Virus record (IMG/VR): IMGVR_UViG_3300044723_003732
Coordinates: 1-25,891 of that record
From: a virus
Taxonomy: Duplodnaviria > Caudoviricetes
Strand: one strand, 5' to 3'
DNA: 25,891 nucleotides
Under the pieces are notes generated by a model. It was given only the letters and a program-made list of their open reading frames with translations, was not told where the DNA came from and made no database searches. Positions 24,613 through 25,891 of this stretch are shown in pieces; position 1 is the first letter of the stretch; every line of letters starts with the position of its first letter. The translations under genes and the position numbers were made by a program.

Positions 24613-25891
24613 AGACTTCTCCTAAATACAAAAGCTGCCATAGTAGCTATTCTAGTCAAAATAACTGGCACTACCACCTCTTGTGCTTTTTCTTTTTGGT
24701 CTTGTGTCATATCATCTCCTATATTGCTAATAGTTATACCTTCAAAATCTAAATCTACAAATGTTTCTATTGGATTTTCTAAAAATGCCTCGTATTGTAT
24801 CTCGGTAACAACATCGGCAAGGGTATAATTTTCTACGTCTTTGTTTGCTACAGCACGCTCTACATATACCTCTACAGCTTCTGCCACTGACTCATTTGTT
24901 TCTACAGTGTCAGCAATAATCTGAACGTCTTCTTTTTGTACCTGCAGTACTTCAGCTACAACTTCTACCTGCTCTTCTGTTAATTCAGCAACATCTTCTA
25001 TAGCTTCTTCTACTACTGCTTGTACTACCTCTTTTACTTCCTCCGATGCTTCAGATAAGTTTTGTACACCAATATCATTAACTTCCTGTATAACTTCAAT
25101 AACTTCCTCAGTCTCTAATTCATCTACAAATGTTTCAATGACTTCTTGAACTTCTTCTTCTGATAAGTCTTCTTCTACGACAGGAAGCTCTAGAACTTCC
25201 TCAATAACTTGCTCTAGTTCCTCTACTTCTAAGGCTACTTCTTCTTCTGATAGTTCTTTAGGTTCTTTTATTGGCTCCTGTAAAACCTCGTTTTTGACAT
25301 CTTCCTCTTGAATTGTTTCTTCTCTGATGATGTCATCTCCTGGTATCTCTTTATCCAACTCATCTTGTAATATTTCCTCTACTGGTTCTTCCTCTACAAC
25401 AATAATTATTTCTTCAGGAAATTCAATGACTTCTTCTTCAAATGTAAACTCTTCTTCAAGCTCCTTGACATCAATCTTGATTTCCTCTTTAAAAGTATCT
25501 TCTTCTTTGGGAGGTTGAATATCTTCCACTTCATCAACAGACTCCACTTCAGGTACCATAACATCATCGCCAGGAAGCTCTTCTTTGGTATCTGATTGTT
25601 TTTCATCTTCGATAATTATTATAACTTCTTCCTCTGATTCTTCCTTCGGTATATCACAATCTCCTCTATCTATCTGAGCGTCTGTCATATAACAACCGTA
25701 CAAATCTTGATTAGTTTTACGCTGATTGTCTCTATCAACTGTGCCATCTTCTACTTCTGATGGTTTATATTCTGCTTTAGAACCATCTTCCATTATAACT
25801 TCTACCTTTTCAGGTTCAGGAGGTGGAGGAGGTGGAGGTGGTGGAGGTGGTGGTGGAGGTGGCAAAGTTGTAGTAGTAGGTGGTACATACT
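24609..25891 (-). CDS. Very acidic protein with a Thr/poly-Pro linker and a hydrophobic C-terminus (5' partial)
   Basis: The frame is open to the window edge (YVPPTTTTL then P15). E/V/I-rich body, ending VVVPVILTRIATMAAFVFRRSL. Confidence 0.8.
   Translation of the reverse strand, partial: YVPPTTTTLPPPPPPPPPPPPPPPEPEKVEVIMEDGSKAEYKPSEVEDGTVDRDNQRKTNQDLYGCYMTDAQIDRGDCDIPKEESEEEVIIIIEDEKQSDTKEELPGDDVMVPEVESVDEVEDIQPPKEEDTFKEEIKIDVKELEEEFTFEEEVIEFPEEIIIVVEEEPVEEILQDELDKEIPGDDIIREETIQEEDVKNEVLQEPIKEPKELSEEEVALEVEELEQVIEEVLELPVVEEDLSEEEVQEVIETFVDELETEEVIEVIQEVNDIGVQNLSEASEEVKEVVQAVVEEAIEDVAELTEEQVEVVAEVLQVQKEDVQIIADTVETNESVAEAVEVYVERAVANKDVENYTLADVVTEIQYEAFLENPIETFVDLDFEGITISNIGDDMTQDQKEKAQEVVVPVILTRIATMAAFVFRRSL

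Noticed and set aside
25818-25862. GGT/GGA microsatellite or G-quadruplex
   Set aside because: Explained by the poly-Pro codons on the - strand.

Overview
An AT-rich tailed-phage genome segment, probably podovirus-like. The host is inferred to be a low-GC actinobacterium from the r1t-type holin, AGAAAGGA Shine-Dalgarno (SD) sites and leaderless starts; this is not proven. There are three blocks. (1) A minus-strand arm from 12415 to beyond position 1: PD-(D/E)XK nuclease, SET-domain protein, a run of tiny Lys-rich proteins, large terminase with an N-terminal Zn-finger/HTH extension, portal, and large putative internal virion proteins. (2) A plus-strand early/accessory arm, 13384-23100: about 25 small, mostly acidic ORFs, an ArdA-like protein, a Zn-finger/GIY-YIG-like nuclease, an HTH plus metallophosphoesterase pair, and a Rad52/Sak annealing protein. 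(3) A minus-strand lysis block from beyond 25891 to 23150. The most unusual signals are non-coding. A ~760-nt cassette at 15768-16530 has three long G.U-rich stems sharing a conserved GUAGGUAGCUUG/CAAGCUAUCUA base, with variable structured inserts and anti-SD-like loops; it is a candidate processed small-RNA array. A separate ~350-nt element at 12466-12820 has long-range crossing helices. There is also a candidate -1 frameshift in the first early gene. All family assignments and folds were made by eye, with no searches run.
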